From: Acanthaster planci
Lineage: Eukaryota
Length of the DNA: 64,000 bases
Reading direction: 5' to 3'
Assembly: GCF_001949145.1 (NCBI RefSeq)
Contig: NW_019091361.1
Span: 2,465,825 to 2,529,824 of the forward strand
Shown here: positions 13,001 to 28,000 of the stretch, one piece after another
Numbering within the stretch: position 1 is the first letter of the stretch
Layout of the letters: each line of letters begins with the position of its first letter
Notes under the pieces: model-generated
Seen by the model: only the letters and a program-made list of their open reading frames with translations
The model's database searches: none
Told to the model about the DNA's origin: nothing
Program-made: the position numbers and the translations under genes

Positions 13001-16000
13001 ATGCCATTACAGAAACAAAAAAAAAACTGTTACAGAAAACAAAATAAAGGAAAACATATAGATACATAATTATATGAATATTAACAAAGTTACGAATAGT
13101 GGGCTATAAGTAGGATTATAAAAAAGACTTTGTGTGGCGTAGAATGTATTACATAAGATACAATATAAGTTTCCTTTTATTATGACCATAAGCATCTGAT
13201 CAAAGAGATGGTTCGGGGAGGGAGATTTTGTTTGATCTAAACAATCTTGCAGAAGTTTTAGCATTAGGTTGAACTGAACTCCATAAATGCTGACAGTCAA
13301 ACAGGTTAAATTGTAGAACAAGATCGAGCTCAAGTTGTCTGACCTTTGGTGTCTGTTTTTAACCAATTTGCATGCACAGTCCAGACCCACTTAAACAACC
13401 CCATTCAAATCACTGCTGTGAAAACCTTTTACATGAGCACTCACAGTTTTAGCATAGATGTAGTTGGTTGAATTTGTTGCTGCATTCCTGGTTTCTGTAT
13501 TTTGTAGAGATACATTTTACAGTATAGTTTCCATCTGCCGTTACTTGATGAAACAAGCACATTTACAGCCGACTGTGCAACCATAGCCCTAGGTCCAGTT
13601 TCAATTCCTGCATTGGAGTAAAGTTAAGCAAAGTATAGCTGACCACAGTACACTCGAGCTCGCTCACTGTTCACGTGGCTACAACCTTCTTAATCTAACA
13701 AGCACATAACAGTACCCTAAACATAAATAACACTGTTGTTTGTTTGCATAGGCTCCTAGCCTGGTGCCCTTGCTACTCTACAGACTCAGTCAGGAGCATG
13801 ATCCTGTCATGACCTTTGACCTGCTGTGCACCATTCCCAAGACAGCGACCCATAAAGTCTGCATGACAGCAGTGATCAGAGCGCTGCAGTCCCTGGCGGT
13901 AGGGGACACGACACTGACTCCGCTGGTGGTCAGACTGACTACGCAACTGTGGAAATTGCAGGTGTGCACGTGTTTTGTAAAAAAATTTAACAGTAAAGAT
14001 TCTTTTTGGGGGGAACTGAGAACACCCCAAGCCTGCCTCATGTTGCCTGTGAACCAGTCAGGGTGGCTTCCTTCATGCAATTGGAGCCTTGCACTTCAAT
14101 GTGAGAGTGTAGCAGCCTGCTAACTGTCCACCATATTGCAGCCGAGGTTTCGGTATTGTAACCTCAGAATGGTGTACAGGGACTCATCTTGACGATGCCA
14201 CCCAGACCTGGTTAATGGTAGATCGTGGACTTCATCGTTGTGACAATGCTGATTCATACCAACAAAGAACAAGTACAAAGACTGGTTGGGCCAACATTTG
14301 GACGCCTTTGCCTCTGTGCCCAGACTCTCCATTACTGTGCACATTCAGAAGAAAATAATTCCATGTCCAAATTTTTGGGCTGTGACTTGAAGTTACAGTT
14401 TCTCTCTTTTGTTGTTTTGTTTTCTTGATTTGCAGGACAGGAGCTTTCCCCACCTTCAGAAACTGCTCTCCCAGTCATCATTCCTCCAAGGCAGGGAGGA
14501 CCTCACCTACGAGCTGCTTCTAGCCAAGGCTGCTAGCATCAGAGATGTTTGTGAATTGAGGTGAGGTCCGACCCCCCCCCCCCCCGAGCGTGGCTAAAAA
14601 AACAACCCTGGTTATTTATAAAGAAAATGAACTTCATGTGGTACAAATCAAAGACACCTGGTAATCTACATGTGGTGTATTGTCAATAGGCACAAATTTA
14701 GCACACTTGAGTGCATTGTTAGTTTGAAATGGTCTTCAATAATATTTCATTTGCTATTTAAGGATATATCGCAACCAATGATCTATCATGAGTGCATGAT
14801 ATAGGTCTTTGCAAGAAACATATTGCCGTTCATGATATAGCATAGCATGAATTGCATGGTGAATTTCTTTGCGGAACGCATCTTGCGGCCTACGATCCAG
14901 CGTGAATTGTGCGTACATGGTAGATAACTCTTTGCCGCAGCATATCTCATCCAATCATAGAGCATGAATTCCGTGACACAGTTCATTGTGAAATCAAATG
15001 CATACTGTACAAACTCAACCTCTCCATTTGTCTTCTCCACACAGGCCTCATCGTGGAGCAGACCTCCTGCCGATGCTGTCCAAACTCTTGAATGACTGTA
15101 CCAGTGATGGAGACGCTAGCATAGCAGCATTGGCCCTGGATGCCTTGTACATCTTATGCCAGGCTGAGGTAGTGGACCTACGCACCATGTGGGCTGTACT
15201 GTCACCCAAACTCACCAAAGATGAAAGGTAGGGATGTAGACCATTTTTACCATCAAAATGTCAGCTGCTCGGAACAGATAAATGTCAAATTTTAAAATGT
15301 TATAATTTTAGCAGTGAGGCGAATTTTCATTGGTAACAGGTAGTATTTTTATATAGCATTAAATTGAGTTTATTTAATAACTTATCATGTATGTCGGCAT
15401 TTTTTGTCCAGTTTTGATACTGACTACTTAAAATCAGGATGAATGTAAAGACAGACACAACTTTTTGACATCAGAACCTGCACTGGCGCCATGGTTTTGT
15501 GCGTAAAGTGTGTTTTCAGTTTCACATTGATTCTGTTTTATCTGTTGCAGGCCCCTCGTAATGCAAAACCTATGCAAGCTTCTTGGATCAGCGCCAGCAT
15601 TACTTGCAGACACACAGGACTGTGAGGTGTGCCTGAAGAATGAAACATGAACCTTAGATACCGGTAGCAGAGTATGAGAGAATTTTCTTAAAGAAACTCT
15701 CTGTGTAATATGATTCGCTGTAAACAAGTTTGTTGGTGGACACTTTCCACAAAGCACAGTAGAATGAAATCCAATACTGAACTATTGAAATCTAGCCCTT
15801 CAGGTTTGTCCGAGTACCGTTGCCTTTGATTATGTCTGAGTAGACTGAGTAGTTGAGTAGTTGGACAAAAATCTTGAAATATATTCCACTTTGTTGCAAA
15901 AGAAGTGAAAGTATCAAGGACTCTTTCAAATATTTGAAATTTACTCGTATACATATGTCCAAACATACTTGCTACATGTATCTCCTTCACTGTATGTAGT

Positions 16001-19000
16001 CAAACATGATTGCTTTTACTATGTTATATTTCAGTAAACGTGGGAACTATGACAAGAGCTCATCAAGTGCTCATCAAGTGCAACGCTGACTATATACTGG
16101 GGGGTGGAGGGATTTCGGACATGCAGGGGAGAGGGTGTAATGTCCTTCTGCTCTGACCAAGATTCAAACCTGTGATATCTTAATTTCTGAAATCCCCCAA
16201 AAGGACTTCTGCGATGAAGTCGTGGAGCTCTTATGGCAGTACAGTAACCATGGCAACCCGGCCGTATCTGCTGCTGCATTCACCGCCTTGGCCATTTTCC
16301 AGGAAGACGACTTCACGCTGGATGACCTACCACCAGAGGTAAAAGTACAGTGACCTGTGATTTTGCAAATGTTGCCGTAGCTCAGGTGTGCCACGGTCTT
16401 AATCATTGAGTACAGACTGTCACACTAGGCTGCAACCGTGAAGCATGTGAAGCATGCACACACTATATGTTGACTTACATGTGGCTGTGCAATATCCCAC
16501 CAAATCTTGCCCTGTTACAAATACTCAAAAACCAGACTTACTCAATATTACAAATTTCCTAGGTTGGGCTCAACATTTTCTTTATCAAAACTTAAGGTTT
16601 CCTCCCAACACACAACCTGTGTAGAATTTGGAACAAGAGGCGAGCACATGGCCGTATATTCACTGAAACACCCATACCTTAGTACCGTTTTCTCAAGTGA
16701 AGGGCCGCTTTGTAATCTTTATGCATTGAATTGGAGGTGCTTGATTGTTAAATTTACAAATCCAGTTTACCATCTTGGCATTAAGTTCAAATTTAACAAA
16801 GTTTGAAATACCACAAAGCTGTTCTCCTGAATACACCAAGTTTGGCTTGTGCAGCATTAATTATTATTGACAGATGATAAATATGGAACTCGTCAGAATA
16901 TGGCAACATCAGATCAAGTCACAGTATACATGTGCATAGACTGCCTTGTTTCTTAGATGTGGTGACGACAAATTTTTGTGGCAATTTTTGCCTTTCAACT
17001 CAGTCTTGTTTTTCTTAAAGAAAAGAAAGTGTCCCCTCAATGTGATAATGACCTTAGCATGGAATTGTGCAATAAGCCTTTTGTGAGTTTAATTTGAGTA
17101 AAATCTGGTACATTGAGTTGTCTGGTCAGACATGATCACGAACTTTGAATTCCCCAGACTGAAGACACTTGCTATACATGTACCTTGTGATTCAGGGCAA
17201 ACTTTTGCATAGTGACCACCATTTCTGGAATAGACTGGTTCCTTTGTGCCCTTCTTATCCATGGAGAACAGTGTGTTGGTGCAAGGCATCTCTTATGTAA
17301 CTAAGCAAAAGCGTGCCCAGAACCACAAGGTGTAGCGACAGTGTCTTTAGTATGGAGAATTCCAATGGTTATGTTCATGTGAATAAAAAAACCTCACTGT
17401 ACCAGATGTTATTCAAATTTAACTTGCAAAAAGGCTTATTTGCACGTGCAGTTTCTACTTGCGTTATGTAAATAGATTGCCGAAGAGGAGAAAACAAAGA
17501 TTGAAGCCATGAAGGCAAAACAGAAGGAGACAGATTGCAAGGCGGGCAAGATGAGAACAAAGGAAGAGGAAGATGAGGAAGAAGGCGAAGCAATCCCTCC
17601 ATCTTGCTATATCAAGCTTCTAATGAGTATTCATGAGGAGGTCCTCCCAGGTGCGGATGCAGAAATGTATTTTAACAACTCACCCATTGATGACCCCCTA
17701 AAAATCTGAAATGCTTTTGGGAGGGTTGTTTTTGGAGGCCGGACATCATTTGTGGGGGGGGGAGATGGACTTTCACGTACATGTAAGATATGTTTAAATA
17801 ATTGCATGTTCTTGCTCACTGCCCATTTTGCCAAGATAGATAGTTTATATTTTTTCTACTGCAGTGCTCAATGCATGCTGGCTGCTATAGGTGTTGCCTT
17901 GAACTTCACATGACCATAGCAAAGAAACCATAGGTCTGATTGAGTTCAAACTTCACGTTTGTACTGATAAGGAGTGTCTTTACGTGCATGTCAAACTAAC
18001 CTGGCTCTTTGAGTGTTAAGTAAGGACTAACAGTGCAGTAAATGCTGTAAAAGCCTCATCATTTGATGATGCCAAATTGGAGCATTTTTACCACAAGTTG
18101 AACTCTTCACGAGCTGGAATGTTTAGAGTGTAATGTCAGGATCTGCAAAAGAGATCCCAACAAATTTCAGCTTAAGAAACCAAAGTCTTTGTGATTGATA
18201 TCTTCTGTCCATAGCCTACCAATTGTTCCTGTCTTCTCTGCTGGTGGAAGAGGTGAAGAACCTGCCCAGAGGGGTTCACAAGTCTGCCATCCAGAGGCAA
18301 CAAACTGTAAACAGGGGAAAGACGTTGGACAACGTACCATCCCTGCTCCTGAATCGCTTTGAAAGGATCAAGCAGCCGGGACTCAAACCAGGATTGGCAG
18401 GTATAATTTAGTCAGGGAACGTTGTGCTCAGTAAGCACATTGGATGCCAACCTGTGCATTGGTGTATGTGTACGTCCCACATAGGCAGCTGCATCTGTGA
18501 TTTGACTCAAAAAAGGGTGGATTTTTGTTTTCTCACTTTTTCTAGTTGGCCTGTTGTGCTCTTTTGAGCCAAAGAAAGAGACAAGTCAGCAAGCTGACAA
18601 ACCAGGGCGACGCCACGTTATCAATAAGGGCAGAGCCTACCAACACATGATCAACACTCTCATGAACGAGGTAACGACAGAGTTATTGTCACCAAAAGCA
18701 CGATATTGTCTGGCCCAGTGGGTCAAAATATGACTAGATCTCCTCCCCAAAAAGCCTGAATCTCCCCCCCCCCCGACCCTAAAACCCATCAGCAGGTTTG
18801 GACGGATTTTTCAGGATTGATTTATTATAACATGTAGCGTAACTACATGAACACCACTAGGAGACAAGTTCTAATATTGGTTTTATCCACAGAGATGGAA
18901 TGAGGAGGGCAAAACATTCTCTGCCATTTTATTTGAAAATAACTCCACTGAACCCGTATACCTGAAGTGACATTTTTTCGTTGAGGAGATTAATGGCAAC

Positions 19001-22000
19001 ACCAAATGTGCAACTTGTTATTTGTCAAATTTGGTGATTGGATTGCACAGTTCTGGTAATGCTGTTGGTTGATTGAGGAGGAACATTTGTTCATTGGCAG
19101 CTGTGTGTTGACTCCACTGATTGGTTTGAGCTGATGCAGTTACCTCATGCGTGGATGTCGCTGATGCAGAATGCTCTGCAGGCTCTCATTCAGGTACACT
19201 GAAATCCACTCAGAATGTTTGTACAAAGACATGCTGACTGTCGTTTGGCAGCTGCGTGCGTCTGTTTAGAGCCTGGGCCACATTTCAGTTAACCCCTTAA
19301 CGCCGGGATTCTTTTGACCGCGAGTGCTGGGCTGTGATATGCCCAGTATGCAAAGCCCTGTGCAGCAGCAGGCCCACATTGAAACCGCAGGTGCATGATG
19401 AATTGAATGTAAGTGTGGTATGCACTAATCCTCACACAAAGCCGCGGCTTTCGCCGTCTACCAGCGTTAAGGGGTTAACAGCAGAAAAGTCATGATTACT
19501 ATTGCAGAAAAATTGGCTTTTACACTATTAAACTTAGCTTAAACACTATTTCATGGAGGTGCTTGGCCTGGTTATGTTTACAGTTGCAACGCATAGAGAT
19601 TTCCATTGTTTTGTCACTACATTAAGCAAGTTTGTCCTCCGAGGTTAGCGTGCCTTTTGCTGCGCTTACTGCATACGGTCTCCATGAAATGTGTGGAGCC
19701 TCTGATAGCATAAACATGTCTGCTTAGCAGCGCAGTGAAGCTGGGCCCTGGCGCACGTAGTGCTTGGGTGGTACACAGCATATGCTAATGGTTTGGCATG
19801 CTTTTGTTATGGCAAAGTCACCCAAACATCAGCATAAGCGGTTCACTGCTTCGCGAAAACAGTGAGAATGTGGTCAACTCTATTCGCTACATTTGTACTA
19901 CATCTGCCATTTTGCAAGGACTTAAATCCCTCCATGGCAAAAAGATTACTTCGCCTATCTTGCGTATTGCTTGCATAGGTTGAGATATAGCCCTGGATAC
20001 TCCATTCACAGGATTGAATTTTTGAAAGGCTAAATTCATGCACAGTTATGCAGCTGTAAGAGTTTTTCTTGAGAAATAGTCGCTGGTGAAAGGGGATTTT
20101 AGGAAGATTTTTTTTATGCAGAGCCGTTGTGCCGAGCTTGAACTTCAGAGGAGTCATGGTCACCTGGACGAGAGCCAAGCAGACTTCCAAGTCAAGATGG
20201 ACACGGCCTGGCTGTGGGTACGGGACAAACTGACTGACCAGATCAAGACAGCAGCCAAGTAAGTATTCCTGGAACACCGGAGACTATCAGTGTTAACACA
20301 GACCTCAATGTGGCTATGTCTAAATTAACTTACTGGGGCTAGGAGTAACACACAAGTGTATGGGAAGTGGCTGCATCTGCTAAGCCAGTAGCTGCCATAN
20401 NNNNNNNNNNNNNNNNNNNNNNNNNNNNNNNNNNNNNNNNNNNNNNNNNNNNNNNNNNNNNNNNNNNNNNNNNNNNNNNNNNNNNNNNNNNNNNNNNNNN
20501 NNNNNNNNNNNNNNNNNNNNNNNNNNNNNNNNNNNNNNNNNNNNNNNNNNNNNNNNNNNNNNNNNNNNNNNNNNNNNNNNNNNNNNNNNNNNNNNNNNNN
20601 NNNNNNNNNNNNNNNNNNNNNNNNNNNNNNNNNNNNNNNNNNNNNNNNNNNNNNNNNNNNNNNNNNNNNNNNNNNNNNNNNNNNNNNNNNNNNNNNNNNN
20701 NNNNNNNNNNNNNNNNNNNNNNNNNNNNNNNNNNNNNNNNNNNNNNNNNNNNNNNNNNNNNNNNNNNNNNNNNNNNNNNNNNNNNNNNNNNNNNNNNNNN
20801 NNNNNNNNNNNNNNNNNNNNNNNNNNNNNNNNNNNNNNNNNNNNNNNNNNNNNNNNNNNNNNNNNNNNNNNNNNNNNNNNNNNNNNNNNNNNNNNNNNNN
20901 NNNNNNNNNNNNNNNNNNNNNNNNNNNNNNNNNNNNNNNNNNNNNNNNNNNNNNNNNNNNNNNNNNNNNNNNNNNNNNNNNNNNNNNNNNNNNNNNNNNN
21001 NNNNNNNNNNNNNNNNNNNNNNNNNNNNNNNNNNNNNNNNNNNNNNNNNNNNNNNNNNNNNNNNNNNNNNNNNNNNNNNNNNNNNNNNNNNNNNNNNNNN
21101 NNNNNNNNNNNNNNNNNNNNNNNNNNNNNNNNNNNNNNNNNNNNNNNNNNNNNNNNNNNNNNNNNNNNNNNNNNNNNNNNNNNNNNNNNNNNNNNNNNNN
21201 NNNNNNNNNNNNNNNNNTTGCAACATAACGTGACAGTCTAAACACAGAACGTTGCATTGTAATATGGTAATCCAAACTCAAATTACGTCACCAGTTCTTT
21301 TTAAAATCCCACTCGTGACTCCAAGAAGAGATAATCCCATGTTGTGCTACTACAAGCTTTGACTCAATCTGCAGTGATGCTTTGTTTTACAGAAGCAACC
21401 CCTCAGCTCAGAGTAACTCCGTTCTGGCCTTGGCCGGTTTGGCCGTGGTCTCTACTCGTCACTTCCTGGCCTTGGATAACGATGGCGACGATGAGGCGAG
21501 ATTAGCCCACCAGTCTTCAATGCAACACACCGGTCAGAATCACTGGCTGGGCGTGGTCATTGATACACTGCTGTGCCTCCTAGGTGTCAAGCTGCGGGCG
21601 GGTGTGAAGATATTCACCTGGTACCAACAGGTACAAGAACTTCTCTCCAAATAAAGGAGCTCACTTTGGCATTCTGTTGACAAGATCCTTGAAAATAATA
21701 AACCATTTTAGTAAATTATGGCAACCTCTCTAGTTAGGGGCCCATTGTGAGCTCCTTGTGAGTCATTGTGCCTCGCACATGCTTCAGTACACCATTAGAT
21801 CAGTTTTTACTCCATATACGTGTATATGGCTCTCTTGGTTTTTCTGCCATATTTTGAGCTCTCCACGAGTACACCATTGTTTGGTAGAATTTGTGTAACT
21901 TTCATTCATGTGCAAAGCCCCTAGTCTGAGTTTGGCAATGTTTGACCCGAAAAAGTATTATCTCCCAATATCTTTCATGACTTCAACACCCTCCAGCAAG

Positions 22001-25000
22001 TCCCCGCCCCATTCAGCTCCTCCCAGATAATTTGAGTTTTTCCATCAGTCATCCCAGCCCACTACCCGTCTGCAACTCAGGCCTGTATCCTACCTTTGAA
22101 AAACATATAAAAAGGAGACTTAAGATTCATTGCAAACCATCCCAGATCCATCAAAATCCTTCAACGGGATTTGAAGAACTTTTGCAGGATTGAGGAAGGT
22201 AGAACCTAGCCACTATCCCCTCCGAAAGGAAACAGGACGGGGTATTTTTCGTTTTAACAAAGGGAAAACAATCTCACCATGAGTTGGAACTCACCGTGTG
22301 TGCCTACGAGACACACTAAGCATGCGTCACCAATTTCTGTTTGAATGTGATTGGTCTTCGCGTTTGCTCTTGGTGCGTGCAGGTGCCTGCTTTAGAGACA
22401 TCCCACCAGCCTGTCTTCTCATTGCCCATGAGGGAGCAATTCAACTCATGGCAGATCACTTTACATGGAGCTTGTTGCTCTTTAAGTTGAAGTACGAAAG
22501 AATGTGCCATTGCTCTCCCACTCGCTACAGGATTTTGGAAGACTTGGGTGGAGTCGTGACGTTTGGTTTGAACCATTTTTTCTCAGCATCCTTTTCATTC
22601 TTCTGTCTGTTCACCCTTACTGTCCATCTGTCGTTCATGTCAAAATTTGTTCACATGTTCACAAGAAGTTGAGATCCATTGTTCTTGATGTTTCAGCACT
22701 CTGGTGATTTGGGGGCCAGTTTGCCCTCTACCGTCCAGGGCAATTCGGCCCTAGCCCTGTCCCTTCTGGCACCCTTCCTGCTGACCACGGACACCCAGCA
22801 ACTGCACCGCATCATGGATGTGCTGATAGATGGGTTGCCGGGGCAACCAAGAGCTCACCAGTCGCAGGCTAGACTGATGCACCATGGGCTTGCTTTGGGA
22901 ATGTTGACTGCAAGACTATACGAGGATCATTACCTGGACTACACTGGAAGTGAGGTACAGAAAAAACAGGAGGGGAAGATATGCATATTCATTTGCATAT
23001 TACAGGGGTGAGACTTCTCAGCTTTTTAGCTGATTTCAGCTTTTTTGGTTTGGGATTTCAGCTTTTTTTCCTCACTGGCTGTGTACAAAAGTATAGGAGA
23101 TTTTCACAGTTCAGCTTCTTTATGCCTTTTTTTCAGCTGTTTTCAGCTATTTTTACCATTGGTCAGTCTCGATATTATTGATCCACTTGCAAGAGCCTCA
23201 CCAAGTTTGTTGTTGGTCAACAGTGGTGTCACCATCTTCTTAAAACGTGCTTTACAAAGTCATCTTCTCCAAGGGAAAGCACACTATAAAGATAAAGTAT
23301 ATTCCAGTTATTCGAGTTGGTGTGACTGTTCCATTATAATAACAGTGGCAATGAGTGGTAAAGTCTGTTGTCATATGAGGTTCTTGAGTAGGTATGGCAA
23401 AACATCAATTACACAGAACTTGTGTGCTAAACACGAGTAGCATGGTATGGTCAAAACATTCAAGAACATCAAATGTTGGCATTACTGCAAAAAATAAACC
23501 AAAATAGTTTTCATTTGTCAAACCTTTTTACAAAGCCAGTCATCAAGTAAGATTATTTAGAAATCCTTTTCAGCCAGTACTTCTGATTTGATGATTTCAG
23601 TTAACCATTCCTTTGATCCTTGCTGTTCTAGGGGGAGGTTAAAATGATTCGATTAGTTGATGCTCTGGAGTCAACGAGTCTAAACGCCGAGGACCAGACT
23701 ACTTCCTGTGGACAGTTACTAGGGCTGGCCATGGTTCTCTCTGCCATGTCAACAGAGGGAGCCGTGCACACCAAGGCCCACGTGGCAAACATGCATCACA
23801 AGCTCTTAGCCAGGCTGGACGTGGAAGACAAGGATACGTTGTTTGCTGAGGTGGGTGCTACGGGTAGGGTCGGAACGACAGCCAAGTGTGACGTGGAACT
23901 AATTTGGTGACTAGAAATAGGACCTGGGACTGTGGTGGAGCCATGCTGGTGGGCCGATGGTATGCCCGGGTCGCATGCCTCTTTGACCAATAAAGTTTCC
24001 TGAATGGTAGAAAGGGACAGTCCTCAAGTGTAAGAACGTGGACGTGAACATGGTGCCACATCAGTAATTAAGTCTTCTCAAATTAATCTTTGGACTGATT
24101 CATCATCCCTGACCCTCTGAGATTCTTCAGAATCCTTTGGTAGTCTTTGGAGGTATTCTTGGAGGGACATTGAGCACAACCACTAAGCACAAAGAATGTG
24201 TCACTGGTTTCCCTGCATATCGGAAGATTTTTGAAAGATTCTTAAAGATTCCTTGCAACTATACTAATAAATTGAGTCGGGGTTAAGACTTCACCTGCTT
24301 TCCGCTTTGTGCCACTTCCAGGCTCTCTGCATGTGCATAGGATGTGTGACGGCAGCTGGTTTCCAGTGTAACATCATCAGTCCTGGCGAAGCATTTGATG
24401 TCGCTGTTAAATTGCAGACGCTGTGCCAACAGCAGGACCAGGTACAGGGAAATAGCAGAAACTGGTAGTCTTCATCAGATTACGTTGTCACTTTGAAATG
24501 TTTTTGAGAAAAAAGGACCCTTTCCTTAAATTGTAAAATGTTTTTCCCATTTGTTTTACCGTATCGGCAGTTCCCATCAGAGGAATACGTGCCATGTGGG
24601 TGCATATTAACCTAAGAACAGTCCGTTCTAGCCTTTTCTCCTGCGATAAACCATTCCCTCACTGCAAATGTTTCTCTCATGGAACATCTTTTTTTGCAGG
24701 CTATTCCAAGTTGGTGCACAAAGCAATCATTCAAAGGTGTACCAATAATTCCATAGAGATATTGCAAGAATTCATCTCAAGCATTTCCTGATGCAGTGAG
24801 TCACTGTGCAGTGACTGGTAGTTAATGAAAACTTGTGCTAACATTTTTATAAGCATAAGGTCATAATGACATTTTTTTCCCCTTTCAGAATGCTGGTATT
24901 GCAGTCAGTACAGGAGTCATGTTCCACTCTCTGGTCGGCAGCAGTCATCCCTCAATATCACACCTGCTAGCCAACCTGTTCTCAACGTGGTCCACGTCTG

Positions 25001-28000
25001 TCACCAGTCAGGTTGATTGACCAATAACTCTGAAGCAAGAAGTGCACATTTATCCTCTCATCTCTCAAAAACAAACTCAGAATTGAATTTCTTTGTATTT
25101 GTTGAGATTTATTTTTATTCTTCAGATGTGTGAGCCATGCATTATGCGTGCACCAAATGAGTCTTACATGACGTCTGCAAAAGTTTTGTTTCAAACTTTT
25201 TTTCAGAGATGCCAGGTATTGTCAATTATCGTCTGGTCAGAAAAAAACATGGAAGAAAAAAAATGAAAAAGTGTGTGTTATATTTGTAGGCAACTTCAGT
25301 GCAGCAGAAGAGAGCGGCTATTTATGGTCTGACAGGGCTTGTGACTGGCACAGGACTGGTGATGCAAAGTGGCTCCCAGACTCAAATGACAAGTGATATG
25401 CATAACAAGAGGACAGCTGTTGCTAAGCAACTCAATCAGGTATTCCTCCATTTCATCCCCAGTTTCTTTCACACAGTAATATAATCAGAATTGCTCCAAC
25501 ACCTTTTGTTTATTTTTAATCATCTTTCCGAGTAAAAAAAAAAGGCTAGCTGCCGTATTCTAAGGTTGCCACTTTTGCAACACCTAGGGACAAGATTTCA
25601 AAAGTTGATTGCACTGGTACAAAACCAAAAACGTAGGCCAAATAGATGTGGTTTACTGACTGAAACTTTGAAGGGTCCTCGTTGTTACTTATGCTTTGTA
25701 GCTTTTGACGGACTGGGCAGATCCTGCCATACAGAATGCTGCGGCTTCTCTGCTTGGCTATCTTCATCTGGTCTCCTCCTCCTCGTCGGAAAGTAGCACA
25801 GGCAGTGAGTGTGATATTGGTCTGTGAAGCCATGGCAAGCATCCAGGGGTGGAAATTCACAAAAGCACCCTAGCTTACCACAGTGCTTGGGTCCCAGCTC
25901 TGTGAGCTTACAAACTAGAGGGACTTTGGAGGGAAGAGAAATTGCTGGAGTTTGGAAAACGAACCCAAATCACAAAGGTGGAAGACAAGAAGGGACTAGG
26001 CACCAACCTGACTCCCCTATCTGCCTTGACCAGAAGCACTCCCTCATAGTTGCCCCAAGGTCTTTCTCCAAACACTGACTTCACTCACTGTCTCCTGTAA
26101 ATGTTTCTTTCACTGTAAAACAAAGCGCATAGTATTTGAGGGTAAAAACGGTAAGTGGCAACACTTTTGGTTCTGATAAATGAAAATTCTCTTAGCCACA
26201 CATTAAATAATTGCAAGTTTTTCTAGCAGAAAATAGAGCTTTGCTGAGCTGTCAGGTCTCAACTCAGCCAACTTAATCAGCAAAACTCAAGCCTGAGACC
26301 AAAGACGGAGATAAAGCCAAAATTCAGGAAACACCCATAGTTCCCATGAGTAGGTGGCGAGAGTAGACCCTAGCCTTTTATGTCTCTCCTACATGTAGCT
26401 CCGTCATCCTACTCCTATCTGTCCGAGACCAGCCTTCTACGCACTTGCATCGACCATCTAATCCTGGCCAGCAAGATGGGGCCAGAGCTCATACCTGCAA
26501 GGAGGCTGGAGACACTGCTCACAGCACTAGCTGGTCGACAGGGTTCCATGCTACCATTACCTCCTGTCAATTGGACAGCTGTACTGTCACCCATCCTGAG
26601 ACTTCCCTATGGTAAATACTACCATCTATGAATTTTGAAAAAGACAAGCCAAGCAAGGGAAAGGGCCCTTACTTGATGTAGAGAAGTTACTAATTTATGA
26701 AGGTAACAAGGTACAAAGTTTGGTGTCAGGTTAACTTGCCCCCTTGCCCACTCGACCTTTACCGACTTACACCTAACAAAGTCGCCCCCTGACTGACTCA
26801 CCACTTTAATTTGCCCCCTTGCTGACTCGCCTCCTGACCAACCCTCCCCTTAAGTGAGGACGCCACTGGTCTAGACCATTAACTATGCAAAGTTTGTCAT
26901 TTTGAAAGAGAAATATTGAGAATAAAACATGTATTACTAAACTTGCATTCATTTGACTGTACAGCACACTTATTCTCCGTAGTTGTTGTCCAAAGTTTTT
27001 TGTGACAGAGATCTGTCCCATTTCAGGTGTATGTGCTTCAGTCTTCATACATGACCTGAAAAAGCTTGGTAAATAATTTGAAGACAATTCAATAACAAAA
27101 TTGTGCGGTTATTTGTCAGGAGAGAAGGTGCATGGCTTGTGCATGGAGCTAGCCCTGTCCCAATGTCAGCGTCCATCCACTTCTCTGCTGTGTGTGACGG
27201 CCTGGCTGTCTCCTTCCATCTTCTCAACACTCAAGGTAAGCCACAAAACTTGGAGATGTTAACAGCATTTGTAGCCCAACTTAACAAAAGGAGTCTGAAA
27301 TCACCAGAGCCCAAAAAAAAGCCTTACGCACAAGCAGTCTTCATTTTTCTAATTTTTACAGGATTTTTGACCACAACATACGGGCTAGGATTAAAAGAAT
27401 CTTGCACTAAAAAAAATGGGGGTTCGCAACATTTTGCCCCACATTAAGTCAATTTTCAATTGTATCCCAAACTAAGTGTTACTTAGACACTCAGAGCTCC
27501 ATTTGCTCTTTCTGATGCAAACAAAAGAAAGGAAGTCACTGAAAATTGCCATAAGAATCATACTGTGGGATCCAGTCACAGTCAAGTTTGAGTGACAAAT
27601 TCATCTTCAGTTTTGAAGTCCACATAGGCACTCCATGAGCAACTGCCATCTTAGATGTTGGTGTTTCAGCAGATTGGCATTCGGTTAATCGTCAACACTA
27701 ACGCTGCTATGTGTCTGGCACTAGTATAGTGTCATTTGAGAACCAGAATTAGAAGCTCATGGACAGGTGGTATGGACATGTGGTATGCGCGCGTTACGTT
27801 CCTCTTTGGCCAATAGGGTGTCGCGATTTGCCTATGAACGCCTGTGTCAAGTTCAAGAATGTGCCAGTGGGTGTGGTGCCACTACAGTTACGTCGTCTAA
27901 TCGGATTAGTCTATTCATCAGACCCAAGAGCTTTCAGGCATTCAGATGAACGAGTGCACGTCCACTGTGCCATACTTGTATGCTTCAGCACATGCAATTG

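Noticed and set aside
20325..21281. Long ORFs of 288-318 aa in the ORF track
   Set aside because: Artefacts of the N gap (poly-X).
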